A stretch of DNA of 41,547 bases from a virus. Taxonomy: Duplodnaviria > Caudoviricetes. The stretch is taken from positions 1-41,547 of IMG/VR virus record IMGVR_UViG_3300027798_000087; one strand, 5' to 3'. The position numbers and the translations under genes are program-made. Numbering within the stretch: the first letter of the stretch is position 1; each line of letters begins with the position of its first letter. Positions 10,074 through 18,685 of the stretch are shown one piece after another. A model generated the notes under the pieces. It saw nothing but the letters and a program-made list of their open reading frames with translations. It did not search any database and was not told the origin of the DNA.

Positions 10074-11105
10074 ATGGCAAAAGCAGCAAAGCCTCAGGAG
10101 GGCTCAATCTCCAAATTTCAAGATGCATTAGACAAGCTAAACAAAGCTTATGGTGTAGGAACAGTTTTAACTCTAGACAGTAAATCAACAGGTAACTATG
10201 ATGTAATCAGTACAGGAAGTATTGGTTTTGATTATGTTACATTAGGTGTTGGTGGATTTGTTAAGGGTAAGCTTTATGAGCTTATGGGTTGGGAAGGTTC
10301 TGGTAAATCTACAATCTGTGGTCATGCTGTAGCTGAATGTCAAAAGGCAGGAGGCACAGTATTGTATATAGATGGAGAGCATGCAGTTGATAAGAAATAC
10401 TTTCAAGCATTAGGAGTGGACACAACTAAGATGTTAATTGCTCAACCATCATGTGGTGAGGAAGGTTTCCAAATTGCAATGGATATGATTAACACTGGAG
10501 ACATTGATCTTGTTATCATCGATTCAGATTCATCATTGATTCCTAAGAAGGTGCTAGATGGTGAAGTGGGTGATTCTTCTATCGGTAGAAAAGCTTTATT
10601 AAATAGTAATGCCTATCCAAAGTTGAAGAGTGCATTATCAGAACATAATGTTTGTGTAATTGTAGTTAGTCAATATCGTGAGAAGATTGGTGTTATGTTT
10701 GGTAATCCAACAACAACTCAAGGTGGTCATGCATTGAAGTTCTATTCAGATGTAAGAGTGGAAGTCTCTAAGTCTTTAGCTAAAGAAGGTGATCAAGCTT
10801 ATGGTAACATCACTAAAATGAAAGCTATTAAGAACAAAATGGCTCCTCCTTATAGACTAGCTAACTTTGAGATAGTTTATGGCACAGGAATTGATAAGCT
10901 TAAGGAAGTTATGGAACTTATTAATGAGCACGGAATTGGTAGAAAGTATGGTAAAACTATGACTATTGGTGAACATAAGTATGATCTTGAAGAGTTCAGA
11001 GCAATGTTAACTGATAATGAGGAGTTTTATAATGAGATTAAAAAAGAGATTCTTAACAAGATTAATAACGTAGAAACTAAAATAGAAGAAGATGTTGAAA
11101 ATTAA
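10074..11105 (+). CDS. recA: Recombinase RecA
   Basis: Walker A GWEGSGKST; QYREKIGVMFGNP.TTQGGHALKFYS; KNKMAPP. Confidence 0.95.
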   Translation: MAKAAKPQEGSISKFQDALDKLNKAYGVGTVLTLDSKSTGNYDVISTGSIGFDYVTLGVGGFVKGKLYELMGWEGSGKSTICGHAVAECQKAGGTVLYIDGEHAVDKKYFQALGVDTTKMLIAQPSCGEEGFQIAMDMINTGDIDLVIIDSDSSLIPKKVLDGEVGDSSIGRKALLNSNAYPKLKSALSEHNVCVIVVSQYREKIGVMFGNPTTTQGGHALKFYSDVRVEVSKSLAKEGDQAYGNITKMKAIKNKMAPPYRLANFEIVYGTGIDKLKEVMELINEHGIGRKYGKTMTIGEHKYDLEEFRAMLTDNEEFYNEIKKEILNKINNVETKIEEDVEN

Positions 11106-11520
11106 ATTACAAAAAGTTACAGAAGATGCTTTGCTACCTATCAAGGGTAGCGAGCATGCTGCTGCATATGATGTGTATGCACACACTATCACCCCAGGAG
11201 TTGGTAAAGTGAAGGTTGGTCTAGGATTTAAGACAGAAATACCTAAAGGATATAAAGGTATTATTGTTCCTAGAAGCAATTTAACTAAATTTAAGTGGGT
11301 AGTTAATAATTCCTTTGGGGTTATTGATTCTGACTATAGGGGAGAATGGATGGTCATCTATACATCTTTAGATCCTGATCATGAGTTTCCATATAATGTG
11401 GGAGATCGTGTAGCTCAAATCTATTTTGAAGAAGTGCTACCTTTATCTTTTGAGATTGTTTCTAGCTTGGAAGAATCAGAAAGAGGTGAGGGAGGCTTTG
11501 GATCAACTGGTTTAAAATGA
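11092..11520 (+). CDS. dut: Trimeric dUTPase
   Basis: AAYDV, PRS, GVIDSDYRGE, GDRVAQ and RGEGGFGSTG motifs. Confidence 0.95.
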   Translation: MLKIKLQKVTEDALLPIKGSEHAAAYDVYAHTITPGVGKVKVGLGFKTEIPKGYKGIIVPRSNLTKFKWVVNNSFGVIDSDYRGEWMVIYTSLDPDHEFPYNVGDRVAQIYFEEVLPLSFEIVSSLEESERGEGGFGSTGLK

Positions 11521-11915
11521 GTACATGTAAAACATGTGGTAAGAAATGTGATGGAGAATACTGTTTTCAGCACAAGCCTAGAAAACCTTTAGCACTCACT
11601 AAAGGTTTTAAGGTGAAGATTCCTGAAAAGAGTCCTATTACACAAATAAATCCTATGAGAGATTTATTTTTACATATATGGAAAAAAAGATCTCATAAGT
11701 CTGAAGTTAGTGGAACTTCTTTAGGATCTGAGCCATTGCATATATTCTTTCATCATATTTTACCAAAAGAAAAATACCTTCAAGCTGCTTTAGATGAAGA
11801 AAATATCATACTTTTGACACTCTGGGAGCATGCTGATGTAGAAGCTGATATATACAAATTTGATGAAGTTAACAAAAGACGTGAACAATTAAAACAGAAG
11901 TATGAAATTAATTAA
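11517..11915 (+). CDS. HNH-like nuclease with N-terminal Cys/His cluster
   Basis: CKTC...C...CFQH; FHHILPK...ENIILLT..EH. Confidence 0.6.
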   Translation: MSTCKTCGKKCDGEYCFQHKPRKPLALTKGFKVKIPEKSPITQINPMRDLFLHIWKKRSHKSEVSGTSLGSEPLHIFFHHILPKEKYLQAALDEENIILLTLWEHADVEADIYKFDEVNKRREQLKQKYEIN

Positions 11916-12354
11916 CTGGATAGCTTTTGTAACATCAGTAGTTATCACTTTTACTATCTTTATGTATATGCATGATGATAAAGTTGCTGATTTAACAACA
12001 AGATATCAAGTTATACCACTTAACGGTGGTACATTTGATCTTGATGTGAATGTTCTTGTTACAGAAGATACAGCATTTGCTCTTACTTATGTAAAGAAAC
12101 ATCTGGATAGTACAGCTTCATCCGATGACTTTAATAGCAGAGGAACCACATTTACCTCCATAAATGGGGGAAGCACTATCATATGGTTACCTAATACAGA
12201 AGATGAGTCTATAGTGATGCATGAACTTTTACATGCTACAATAGATATTATGAGAAGGGTGGGAATATCACTAACTGAAGAAACTGAAGAAGCATATACA
12301 TATGAGCTTCAATATTTAACAAATCAATTTTATAAACAAAATCAAACAAAATGA
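11902..12354 (+). CDS. Membrane-anchored HExxH metallopeptidase-like protein
   Basis: N-terminal hydrophobic helix; HELLH with downstream EEAY. Confidence 0.55.
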   Translation: MKLINWIAFVTSVVITFTIFMYMHDDKVADLTTRYQVIPLNGGTFDLDVNVLVTEDTAFALTYVKKHLDSTASSDDFNSRGTTFTSINGGSTIIWLPNTEDESIVMHELLHATIDIMRRVGISLTEETEEAYTYELQYLTNQFYKQNQTK

Positions 12355-12617
12355 GTGCAGCAACAGGTTACGAAGGAGATGTACAATTAGAAGATAGATT
12401 AAAAGAATCTACCTTTCATGAAAGACTGCTAGATGAAAGATCAGAACTAGCAGAGCGTATTGAAATGTTAAAACAATTCATTACAATAAATTCTGCTTAT
12501 AGAGGTCTTACACATGATCATCAAAATTTATTAGAGGATCAGTTAGAAGCAATGGAAACATACGAAAGTGTGTTAATCCAAAGATTAACATTGTTAAACA
12601 AACAAAACCAATTATAA
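12351..12617 (+). CDS. Small helical-hairpin protein, crAss001_48-like
   Basis: ERL..E..EL..RI..L..F...LL..QL.AM..Y..VL..R pattern, recalled family resemblance. Confidence 0.5.
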   Translation: MSAATGYEGDVQLEDRLKESTFHERLLDERSELAERIEMLKQFITINSAYRGLTHDHQNLLEDQLEAMETYESVLIQRLTLLNKQNQL

Positions 12618-12618
12618 C

Positions 12619-12888
12619 ATGAGTTTATTCTTTTACACAAGAACAGCAGAAGATGGTAAAGTCTACACAGATAGCTTTAACCTAAACAAAGTGATTAGAT
12701 CAGTACAAGTAGATGATGATAAGCTATTAGTCTTATTAGATGATGCACATGAGCGTTCAGAAGTGGTGCCTGATGTTGATCCTAAGACAGGAAAGACTAG
12801 AGGAACTAAGAGAGAGCGTAATACGTATTCAACAGAAATCACTTTAACTGGTGAGGATATTACAAGATTTAACAATTTAAACAAATAA
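12619..12888 (+). CDS. Hypothetical protein
   Basis: 89-aa ORF within the operon. Confidence 0.7.
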   Translation: MSLFFYTRTAEDGKVYTDSFNLNKVIRSVQVDDDKLLVLLDDAHERSEVVPDVDPKTGKTRGTKRERNTYSTEITLTGEDITRFNNLNK

Positions 12889-12890
12889 TT

Positions 12891-13175
12891 ATGTCTACAT
12901 TATTAGGAAATCGTATCTATTTAGAGATACCTGTACAGGATGAAACAAGTAAGTTAATCGTTGATGAGAACACTAAAGAAGCATTACAAAAAGAAATGAT
13001 TCAGAAGATGTCTAAGTTAAAAGTGTTACAAGTTGGTAACTTAGTAGATCACATTAAAGTGAATGATGTAGTGTTAGTAGATCCTTCTGCATTGCAGAAA
13101 GCTATACTAGTTCCATTATCTGAGGAGCAAACTGTAATATTAGTATCTCCATTTGACATTATTCAAATTTGGTAA
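12891..13175 (+). CDS. GroES/Cpn10-like co-chaperonin
   Basis: 94 aa; LGNRIYLE, mobile-loop-like SKLIV and KVLQVG...IKVNDVVLV. Confidence 0.6.
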   Translation: MSTLLGNRIYLEIPVQDETSKLIVDENTKEALQKEMIQKMSKLKVLQVGNLVDHIKVNDVVLVDPSALQKAILVPLSEEQTVILVSPFDIIQIW

Positions 13176-13176
13176 A

Positions 13177-13923
13177 ATGAGCTATCCATTTATTTCATGT
13201 AAATGCATAACTTATGGTAGAGTGTCCACGCTTGAGGAGAGCATTGAGTCTTTCCTCAAGCAGGATTACCCTGCAGATAAGTGTGAACTCATTATAGTTA
13301 ATGACTATCCTTTACAAACTCTTGTGTTTGATCACCCTCAAGTTAAGATAGTTAATCTATCTAAAACATTTGACACCATAGGAGAGAAAGAAAACTATGC
13401 AACTAATCTATGTCAAGGAGAGATTATATGTCAGTGGGATGATGATGATGTAGCTCTATCAAATCATTTACAGAATGTAGTTAAATACATGGCTGATAAT
13501 GTAAATATTATTCATTGGGAAACAGGAGTGTTGTGCCACATTACAGGTATTGAACAAGTTGGTTGGATAGGTAATTCTGGTATTGTGTTTAGAAAGTCAG
13601 CTTGGAAAGCTGTAGGAGGACATCCTATTGAAAATGCTGGATATGATATGACTTTTATAGAAAGCATCAATGCATATGGAGGAAGACTATTTGCCAAACC
13701 ACCTAAAGAAGAAGCTAGCTGGTTCTACATGTGGGGAGGAAGAGGTTATCACATGAGTGGTGAAGGTACAGACCATCCTGGAAAGCTAAACGCTATACAA
13801 AGACACAGTGCCCATATTGAAAAAGAAAGAAGTATAGGAAAGATTCCTATAGGAGAGGTTAAACTAAATCCTCATTGGAATATAGATTATCCAGAATTAT
13901 TAAAAACATATTTAAAATTATAA
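13177..13923 (+). CDS. Glycosyltransferase family 2
   Basis: TYGR...ESFLKQDY...ELIIVND and WDDDD (DxD). Start moved to the ATG at 13177. Confidence 0.85.
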   Translation: MSYPFISCKCITYGRVSTLEESIESFLKQDYPADKCELIIVNDYPLQTLVFDHPQVKIVNLSKTFDTIGEKENYATNLCQGEIICQWDDDDVALSNHLQNVVKYMADNVNIIHWETGVLCHITGIEQVGWIGNSGIVFRKSAWKAVGGHPIENAGYDMTFIESINAYGGRLFAKPPKEEASWFYMWGGRGYHMSGEGTDHPGKLNAIQRHSAHIEKERSIGKIPIGEVKLNPHWNIDYPELLKTYLKL

Positions 13924-13924
13924 A

Positions 13925-14461
13925 ATGGCACATCCAGAACAAAGAACATTCATGACATACGTAAAAGGAAAATTTCCTGAGAAGTTTACAGGTTGTAGAG
14001 TGTTAGATATTGGTTCATTAGATATTAATGGAAACAATAGATATCTGTTTACAAACTATAAATATATTGGTGTAGACATTGGTGCAGGAAAAAATGTAGA
14101 TGTTGTGTGTAGAGGACATGAATTCAAAGACTCTGAAGGATTTGAGATTGTTATATCAGCAGAATGCTTTGAACATGATGAGTTTTGGAAGGATACAATT
14201 AAAAACTGTATTAAGTTAACTAAACCAGGAGGAGTGTTTTTATTTAGCTGTGCTACAACAGGAAGACCTGAGCACGGTACTAGAAGAACTAGTCCTCAAG
14301 ACTCTCCATTTACATCAGAGATTGAGAATGATTATTACATGAATCTCACAGAACAAGATGTTCGTGAAGAGATAGATATGGAAGATTATTTCTCAGAGCA
14401 TGAGTTTATTGGTAGAGAAACATGGCCTCAAGATTTATATTTTTGGGGAATCAAGAAATAA
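13925..14461 (+). CDS. Class I SAM-dependent methyltransferase
   Basis: VLDIGS, YIGVDI, ECFEHD and KPGG motifs. Confidence 0.85.
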   Translation: MAHPEQRTFMTYVKGKFPEKFTGCRVLDIGSLDINGNNRYLFTNYKYIGVDIGAGKNVDVVCRGHEFKDSEGFEIVISAECFEHDEFWKDTIKNCIKLTKPGGVFLFSCATTGRPEHGTRRTSPQDSPFTSEIENDYYMNLTEQDVREEIDMEDYFSEHEFIGRETWPQDLYFWGIKK

Positions 14462-14500
14462 AAAAAAGCCCTCTGAAATTAATCAGGGGGCTTTTCTTTT
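14461..14500. terminator. Bidirectional intrinsic terminator between convergent modules
   Basis: A-run, GCCCTCTGA-AATTAA-TCAGGGGGC hairpin, then T-run. Confidence 0.88.
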
Positions 14501-14580
14501 GATACTCTCCTTTAAGGGTCTCATTCTAGACTGAGTTGCCACAACCTAAGCGTGCAGTTTTTAATTGCAGGAGGAGATAA

Positions 14581-14757
14581 TTATTTTGATAATTTCTTAC
14601 CAGTCATAGGAGCCATAGGACTCTTACCTTTGTTTTTTATTACATCATACTCCTTCATATAATTACCATTAATTGGTTTTGGAGGAGCAACCTTAGGAGC
14701 TAATCTAGGTTTACCTGATTTCTTAGCTTTACCTGATGTCATAGCTTTTGTTGCCAT
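14581..14757 (-). CDS. Small basic protein, 58 aa (not in the ORF track)
   Basis: Hand translation: MATKAMTSGKAKKSGKPRLAPKVAPPKPINGNYMKEYDVIKNKGKSPMAPMTGKKLSK; fills the gap 2 nt after the upstream stop. Confidence 0.7.
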   Translation of the reverse strand: MATKAMTSGKAKKSGKPRLAPKVAPPKPINGNYMKEYDVIKNKGKSPMAPMTGKKLSK

Positions 14758-14759
14758 AA

Positions 14760-15119
14760 TTATTTCTTTTTCATTTTACCACCGCAAGACATACATCCTT
14801 TGGTTACTTTCTTACCAGACTTAGCCATACCTTTAGCACCTGCAATCTTATCTGCAAATGTAACTTTAGGGTTTTTATCAACACCAGCTTTTACTGATAA
14901 CATACCAAAATTACCACCGTCTTTAGCTTTAACAGCTTTCTTAGGAGCATATTTACCAAGACCAGCTTGTTTATCTAATGCATCAGACATGCCTTTACCC
15001 CATTTATCAGCATCAGCTTTTTTATAGAGTTTGCCTTCAGATCTTTCACCACGGACCATTCCTTTAGGAGGAATACCATTACCGTTTTCTGCTTTTTTCA
15101 ATTTTTTAATAGTTGCCAT
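14760..15119 (-). CDS. Small Lys-rich protein
   Basis: 119 aa, starts MATIKK; TAATG coupling to the upstream ORF. Confidence 0.75.
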   Translation of the reverse strand: MATIKKLKKAENGNGIPPKGMVRGERSEGKLYKKADADKWGKGMSDALDKQAGLGKYAPKKAVKAKDGGNFGMLSVKAGVDKNPKVTFADKIAGAKGMAKSGKKVTKGCMSCGGKMKKK

Positions 15120-15256
15120 TATTTTTTAGTTTTAGCTTTGATTTTCTTTTCTTGTTTCAACATAGCAGCTGTAGGTTTCTTTCCAGATCCTTTAGCAGCT
15201 CTGATGTTGTCCCATAAACCACGAGGTGATTTAGAACCATCTTTACGTTTTAACAT
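15119..15256 (-). CDS. Small basic protein, 45 aa (not in the ORF track)
   Basis: MLKRKDGSKSPRGLWDNIRAAKGSGKKPTAAMLKQEKKIKAKTKK; overlaps both neighbours exactly. Confidence 0.7.
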   Translation of the reverse strand: MLKRKDGSKSPRGLWDNIRAAKGSGKKPTAAMLKQEKKIKAKTKK

Positions 15257-15660
15257 TTCCATTTCCTAAGAGATTTATTTATACGTGAATCAGGATCGTT
15301 GGCTGTTTTAGAGCTTGTAAGCTTCTTCTTCATACCAGACATCCTAGCACAGAATGATTTCTTTCTAGAACCTCCTTGAGGCTGTGGTGCTTTAAGACCA
15401 GGCTTACCTGGATTAGCTCTATTATAAGAAGCTCTTCCCTTAGCATTTAAACCACCTGATTCAGATTTTCCTTCTTTTCTTTGCCATGCAGGTGTAGATC
15501 CACCATTTTTCAATGTGCTTCCTTTGAATTCCCCTTTCTTTTTAATCAAGGGACCATTAGGAACAGGAGTGATACCACCACCATTCCTAAGAACTCCTTT
15601 ACCTACATAAGCAGAAGCTTTTTGTGGGTTATATGGTCCAGGTTTTTTAATTGTTGCCAT
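15250..15660 (-). CDS. Basic protein with DUF6321-like domain
   Basis: AWQRKEGK..SGGLNAKGRASY...RKKSFCARM...SRINKSLRKWKC. Confidence 0.7.
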   Translation of the reverse strand: MATIKKPGPYNPQKASAYVGKGVLRNGGGITPVPNGPLIKKKGEFKGSTLKNGGSTPAWQRKEGKSESGGLNAKGRASYNRANPGKPGLKAPQPQGGSRKKSFCARMSGMKKKLTSSKTANDPDSRINKSLRKWKC

Positions 15661-15847
15661 TTCTTCTAAAAGTTATATTCGGTTTAACTATGATATCTTT
15701 ATGAGTAAATTGCCAGAGTTCACCAGTTTCATTAATAATTACAGTGTAAATTGTGTCAGTTTCATGACCATAGTCTGTAACTAACCATATGATACCATCT
15801 CCCTTAGGTGTCTTTACATCAATCCTATTACTAGGTTCAAATATCAT
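15647..15847 (-). CDS. Hypothetical small beta-rich protein
   Basis: 66-aa ORF coupled to both neighbours. Confidence 0.65.
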   Translation of the reverse strand: MIFEPSNRIDVKTPKGDGIIWLVTDYGHETDTIYTVIINETGELWQFTHKDIIVKPNITFRRNGNN

Positions 15848-16005
15848 TATTTACCTTTTCTAGCTCTACCCATTGCTTTGAATGTCTTAGCTAGTGCTTT
15901 CCTTTTAGGAGTGCATGTTTTTTTAGTTTCTGGAGTACAAAATCCCTTGTGAGCTGGATTAACAGCTTTTTGAATCCAGTTTTTATCTTTCTTAGCAGTT
16001 GCCAT
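15847..16005 (-). CDS. Small basic protein, 52 aa
   Basis: Start moved to the ATG at 16005 (MATAKKDKNWIQKAV...). Confidence 0.7.
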   Translation of the reverse strand: MATAKKDKNWIQKAVNPAHKGFCTPETKKTCTPKRKALAKTFKAMGRARKGK

Positions 16006-16009
16006 GGTA

Positions 16010-16198
16010 TTACTTCTTTTTAGACATCTTTGTAGCACCCAATTGTTTATCTTTCTTTAACACAGCTTTACCCTTAGCACCAGCTAATGTTTTCTCTTGA
16101 ACTTTAGTCCAAGCACCTTTAGGATCTACAGGACCTACACGCTTATTAGAAGCTTTTAGTCCTGTAAGACTACCGCCTGATTTTTTTACAGTTGCCAT
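16010..16198 (-). CDS. Small Lys-rich protein
   Basis: 62 aa, starts MATVKKSGG. Confidence 0.7.
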   Translation of the reverse strand: MATVKKSGGSLTGLKASNKRVGPVDPKGAWTKVQEKTLAGAKGKAVLKKDKQLGATKMSKKK

Positions 16199-16210
16199 TA
16201 TAATATGTTT

Positions 16211-16477
16211 TTATATTTTTTCTTTAACAACACCAGCCTCTACAGAACTAGCAAGAACACTTTCAATAGCATTTGCAGCTTCATTAGCTAACAAAATTGT
16301 TTGAGCTTCTTTAGTAGATATTGTAGCACGTAGTGCATTTAATATTACACCAAATTGACCACCTGTTAATGTAAATGTTTCATTAGCATTCCAAGTGTAC
16401 TTCTTATTTGGATCAAATTGAATAGGTTCTTGACCTTCTTCTACGATTGGAGCAAACTCCTTAATTTCTTCTGACAT
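16211..16477 (-). CDS. Hypothetical acidic protein
   Basis: 88 aa; first gene after the promoter at 16497-16529. Confidence 0.7.
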   Translation of the reverse strand: MSEEIKEFAPIVEEGQEPIQFDPNKKYTWNANETFTLTGGQFGVILNALRATISTKEAQTILLANEAANAIESVLASSVEAGVVKEKI

Positions 16478-16496
16478 AATTTTTTGGTTTTATAGG

Positions 16497-16529
16497 CAAA
16501 GATATGGTAAAAACGATATATGAACCAAA
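16497..16529 (-). promoter_or_regulatory. Bacteroidota-type promoter for the small-basic-protein cluster
   Basis: Minus strand TTTG (16529-16526), 21-nt spacer, TATCTTTG (16504-16497). Confidence 0.7.
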
Positions 16530-16530
16530 T

Positions 16531-16815
16531 TTAATTTAGCTCTATATCAAACACGATTGTAGCTGAGCTTTTAATACTCTTAGACAAATCTAGCTTGATT
16601 TGGAATATATTGTGTAATTTAAGAATCTCTTGCAACAACATTTCATTATATGCAGGAATAGAAGTTGCTATCCTAAAGTGATAAGACTCTGGATTTTTAG
16701 TTATTTCCATTATAGCTAGCTCGTCCACCGAACTTATAACTCCTTCAAGATGAGCAAAATAAGCTATTTCATTATCTTGCATCACCTCAGGAAAGAATTT
16801 CTTGTTAATTTGCAT
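16531..16815 (-). CDS. Hypothetical protein
   Basis: 94 aa; TAATG coupling. Confidence 0.7.
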   Translation of the reverse strand: MQINKKFFPEVMQDNEIAYFAHLEGVISSVDELAIMEITKNPESYHFRIATSIPAYNEMLLQEILKLHNIFQIKLDLSKSIKSSATIVFDIELN

Positions 16816-17231
16816 TAAGACAAGGTTAAGCGGTATTTAATTTTAGCAGCATTTCCAGATAGAGATTGTGCTATATTTTCAATATCTGGCATTCCAGTAG
16901 TTTCACCAAATGCTTCTAACTGTTTTGCAAAGGACATAAGTTCAGAAATTACCTGATCAGGCATTCCTGGAGAGTAACCCTTAATTGCTTCAACAGGCAT
17001 AGTTTTAGTTCTAGTTCCTGTATAGCCCATAATTTTCTCTACAATCTCATCTTTTATATCAGCAACCATATCATACGCATCTCCTAAAGCCAAATGCTCA
17101 GCTAGAGATTTTGTTTGCCAATGTAATTCATGTAATTGTAAATCAAAGTAATTTAGCTTAGCCTTAATTGAATCTAGATTCAAAGAGACTTTTTCCATCA
17201 TTTCTTCTGGAAACATTGATTTAATTGCCAT
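16815..17231 (-). CDS. Ferritin/Dps-like four-helix protein (DUF5856-like)
   Basis: LHELHWQT...EH.ALG..YD...D..DEIVE resembles the Dps ferroxidase ligand pattern. Confidence 0.7.
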   Translation of the reverse strand: MAIKSMFPEEMMEKVSLNLDSIKAKLNYFDLQLHELHWQTKSLAEHLALGDAYDMVADIKDEIVEKIMGYTGTRTKTMPVEAIKGYSPGMPDQVISELMSFAKQLEAFGETTGMPDIENIAQSLSGNAAKIKYRLTLS

Positions 17232-17247
17232 TTTGGTTTATTTTTTA

Positions 17248-17475
17248 CTATCCAGGGATAGCAGTTGTTGTAGTGCTAGTTGTACTAGTTGTAGTTGTGC
17301 TAGTTGTACTTGTAGTAGTGGTAGTTGTAGGCACATATGTGCAACATTCACTAATAGCAATTTCATGCCATCTTCCAACTGTAGGCTTCTTTCTTCTAAA
17401 GATAAGGCTACCTGCAACTACTCTGTTACTACCATCGTAGCGTACATAAGCTTTTAAGTATTGATTACTTCCCAT
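17248..17475 (-). CDS. Small protein with a mucin-like poly-Thr/Ser tail
   Basis: Basic N-domain ending ECC, then PTTTTTTSTTSTTTTSTTSTTTTAIPG. Confidence 0.75.
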   Translation of the reverse strand: MGSNQYLKAYVRYDGSNRVVAGSLIFRRKKPTVGRWHEIAISECCTYVPTTTTTTSTTSTTTTSTTSTTTTAIPG

Positions 17476-17493
17476 AATTTTGTTTTGATTAGG

Positions 17494-18510
17494 TTAATAG
17501 TTAAGGTTATATTTTGTTTTTAATTCAATCATTTTTGAGACATAATAGTGTGTACCCTTCTTTTTAGATTCTTCACTATTAAAAACTGTGTCTAAGTGTG
17601 TATCCTGAAAAGGATCTTTACCTGTGTGATAAACTCCTTTGTAGAAAGCAGGATAACCAGGCATTTGTCTTTCTGTTATACCAGCATTGTGTAAAATTCC
17701 TAGTCTGTGTACTTTTTCAATAGGATCACTAGACCAAGAGAATTCAAGCTCAGAAATGTTTAATGTTTCTTGTTCTCTTAACCAAAGGTTCCAAAGAACA
17801 GCCCACATATCAGCACACCAGCTTTGAAATCCACCACTCTCATCTTTAAAGAACTGTCTATTAACAGTCATTAAGTGAGTTCTAATCATCATGCAATCTC
17901 CCAACACTTTCTCCCAGAATGTATGATCAATGTTCTTTAACAGATATTGAGCACCTCCTGAATGTAAGTTATGCTTTTCAGCAATCTCTCTAGTTATTCC
18001 TACTATGTTAGTAGTTTCAGCTAGTATATCTCTAGTTTTGTACTCTTCCAGTTTTGCTGGTAGTACATCTTTAATTTTACTATCAAAATATGAAGCGTTT
18101 ATATAGCTGTTTGTATCAGAGAGATAGTTAATCTCATCATCTACAAACTTAGATATATCGAATTTATCTGTGAATAACACATCTGAATCACAATACATCA
18201 CTGCTTTATCTTTCATCTCTGGGTGCTCCTGAAAATACCTCCCTAAAATATAAGGGCGAAGAACAGGAATATACACACCAAAATATTTACTAATATTATT
18301 TACGTCTTTATAAAAGACAAACTCTGTCTCTGGGTATAAGTCAATTATCTGTTGCCACTTAGTATTCTTTTCCCTAAAGTCAGGAATGTATATTAGCACA
18401 ATTGCTTTATCAGAATGTCCAATTTGTCTTAAGCTTTCAATCCATAGATGCACTTGCCATGTGTAATACGCATCATCTGGCTGTGCACAGATAAATTTAA
18501 GATCCTTCAT
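17494..18510 (-). CDS. GT-A fold glycosyltransferase resembling HPAT/SGT1 peptide O-glycosyltransferases
   Basis: YYTWQ.....S, DSD (DxD), GGAQY, WCADMWA and LHNAG; compare Y..WQ and W..EMY in HPAT/SGT1. Confidence 0.6.
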   Translation of the reverse strand: MKDLKFICAQPDDAYYTWQVHLWIESLRQIGHSDKAIVLIYIPDFREKNTKWQQIIDLYPETEFVFYKDVNNISKYFGVYIPVLRPYILGRYFQEHPEMKDKAVMYCDSDVLFTDKFDISKFVDDEINYLSDTNSYINASYFDSKIKDVLPAKLEEYKTRDILAETTNIVGITREIAEKHNLHSGGAQYLLKNIDHTFWEKVLGDCMMIRTHLMTVNRQFFKDESGGFQSWCADMWAVLWNLWLREQETLNISELEFSWSSDPIEKVHRLGILHNAGITERQMPGYPAFYKGVYHTGKDPFQDTHLDTVFNSEESKKKGTHYYVSKMIELKTKYNLNY

Positions 18511-18537
18511 ATATGTAGTTTGTTGGTTTTTCTCTTA

Positions 18538-18681
18538 TTAAGGAGCTGGGGTAGTAGTTGTAGTTGTTGTAGGTGTGCCATTAGCATAAACAACCTTGAT
18601 TAAGGTTTCTAATTGTAATGATATATTATACAACAATTGAGACTGTGGGTCTTGACTTAAAGGTCTTGAAGGTATTGCCAT
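18538..18681 (-). CDS. 47-aa peptide with fibre-type N-terminus and poly-Thr tail (not in the ORF track)
   Basis: MAIPSRPLSQDPQSQLLYNISLQLETLIKVVYANGTPTTTTTTTPAP; first 17 aa identical to ORF 18686..19873. Confidence 0.85.
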   Translation of the reverse strand: MAIPSRPLSQDPQSQLLYNISLQLETLIKVVYANGTPTTTTTTTPAP

Positions 18682-18685
18682 GATA

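Noticed and set aside
14501-14580. Call as a pistol, HDV-like or hammerhead ribozyme
   Set aside because: CCTAAGCG-stem-GG lacks the upstream P1 loop partner; the HDV P2 helix cannot be formed; there is no CUGANGA/GAAA core. Kept only as an unclassified structured-RNA candidate.
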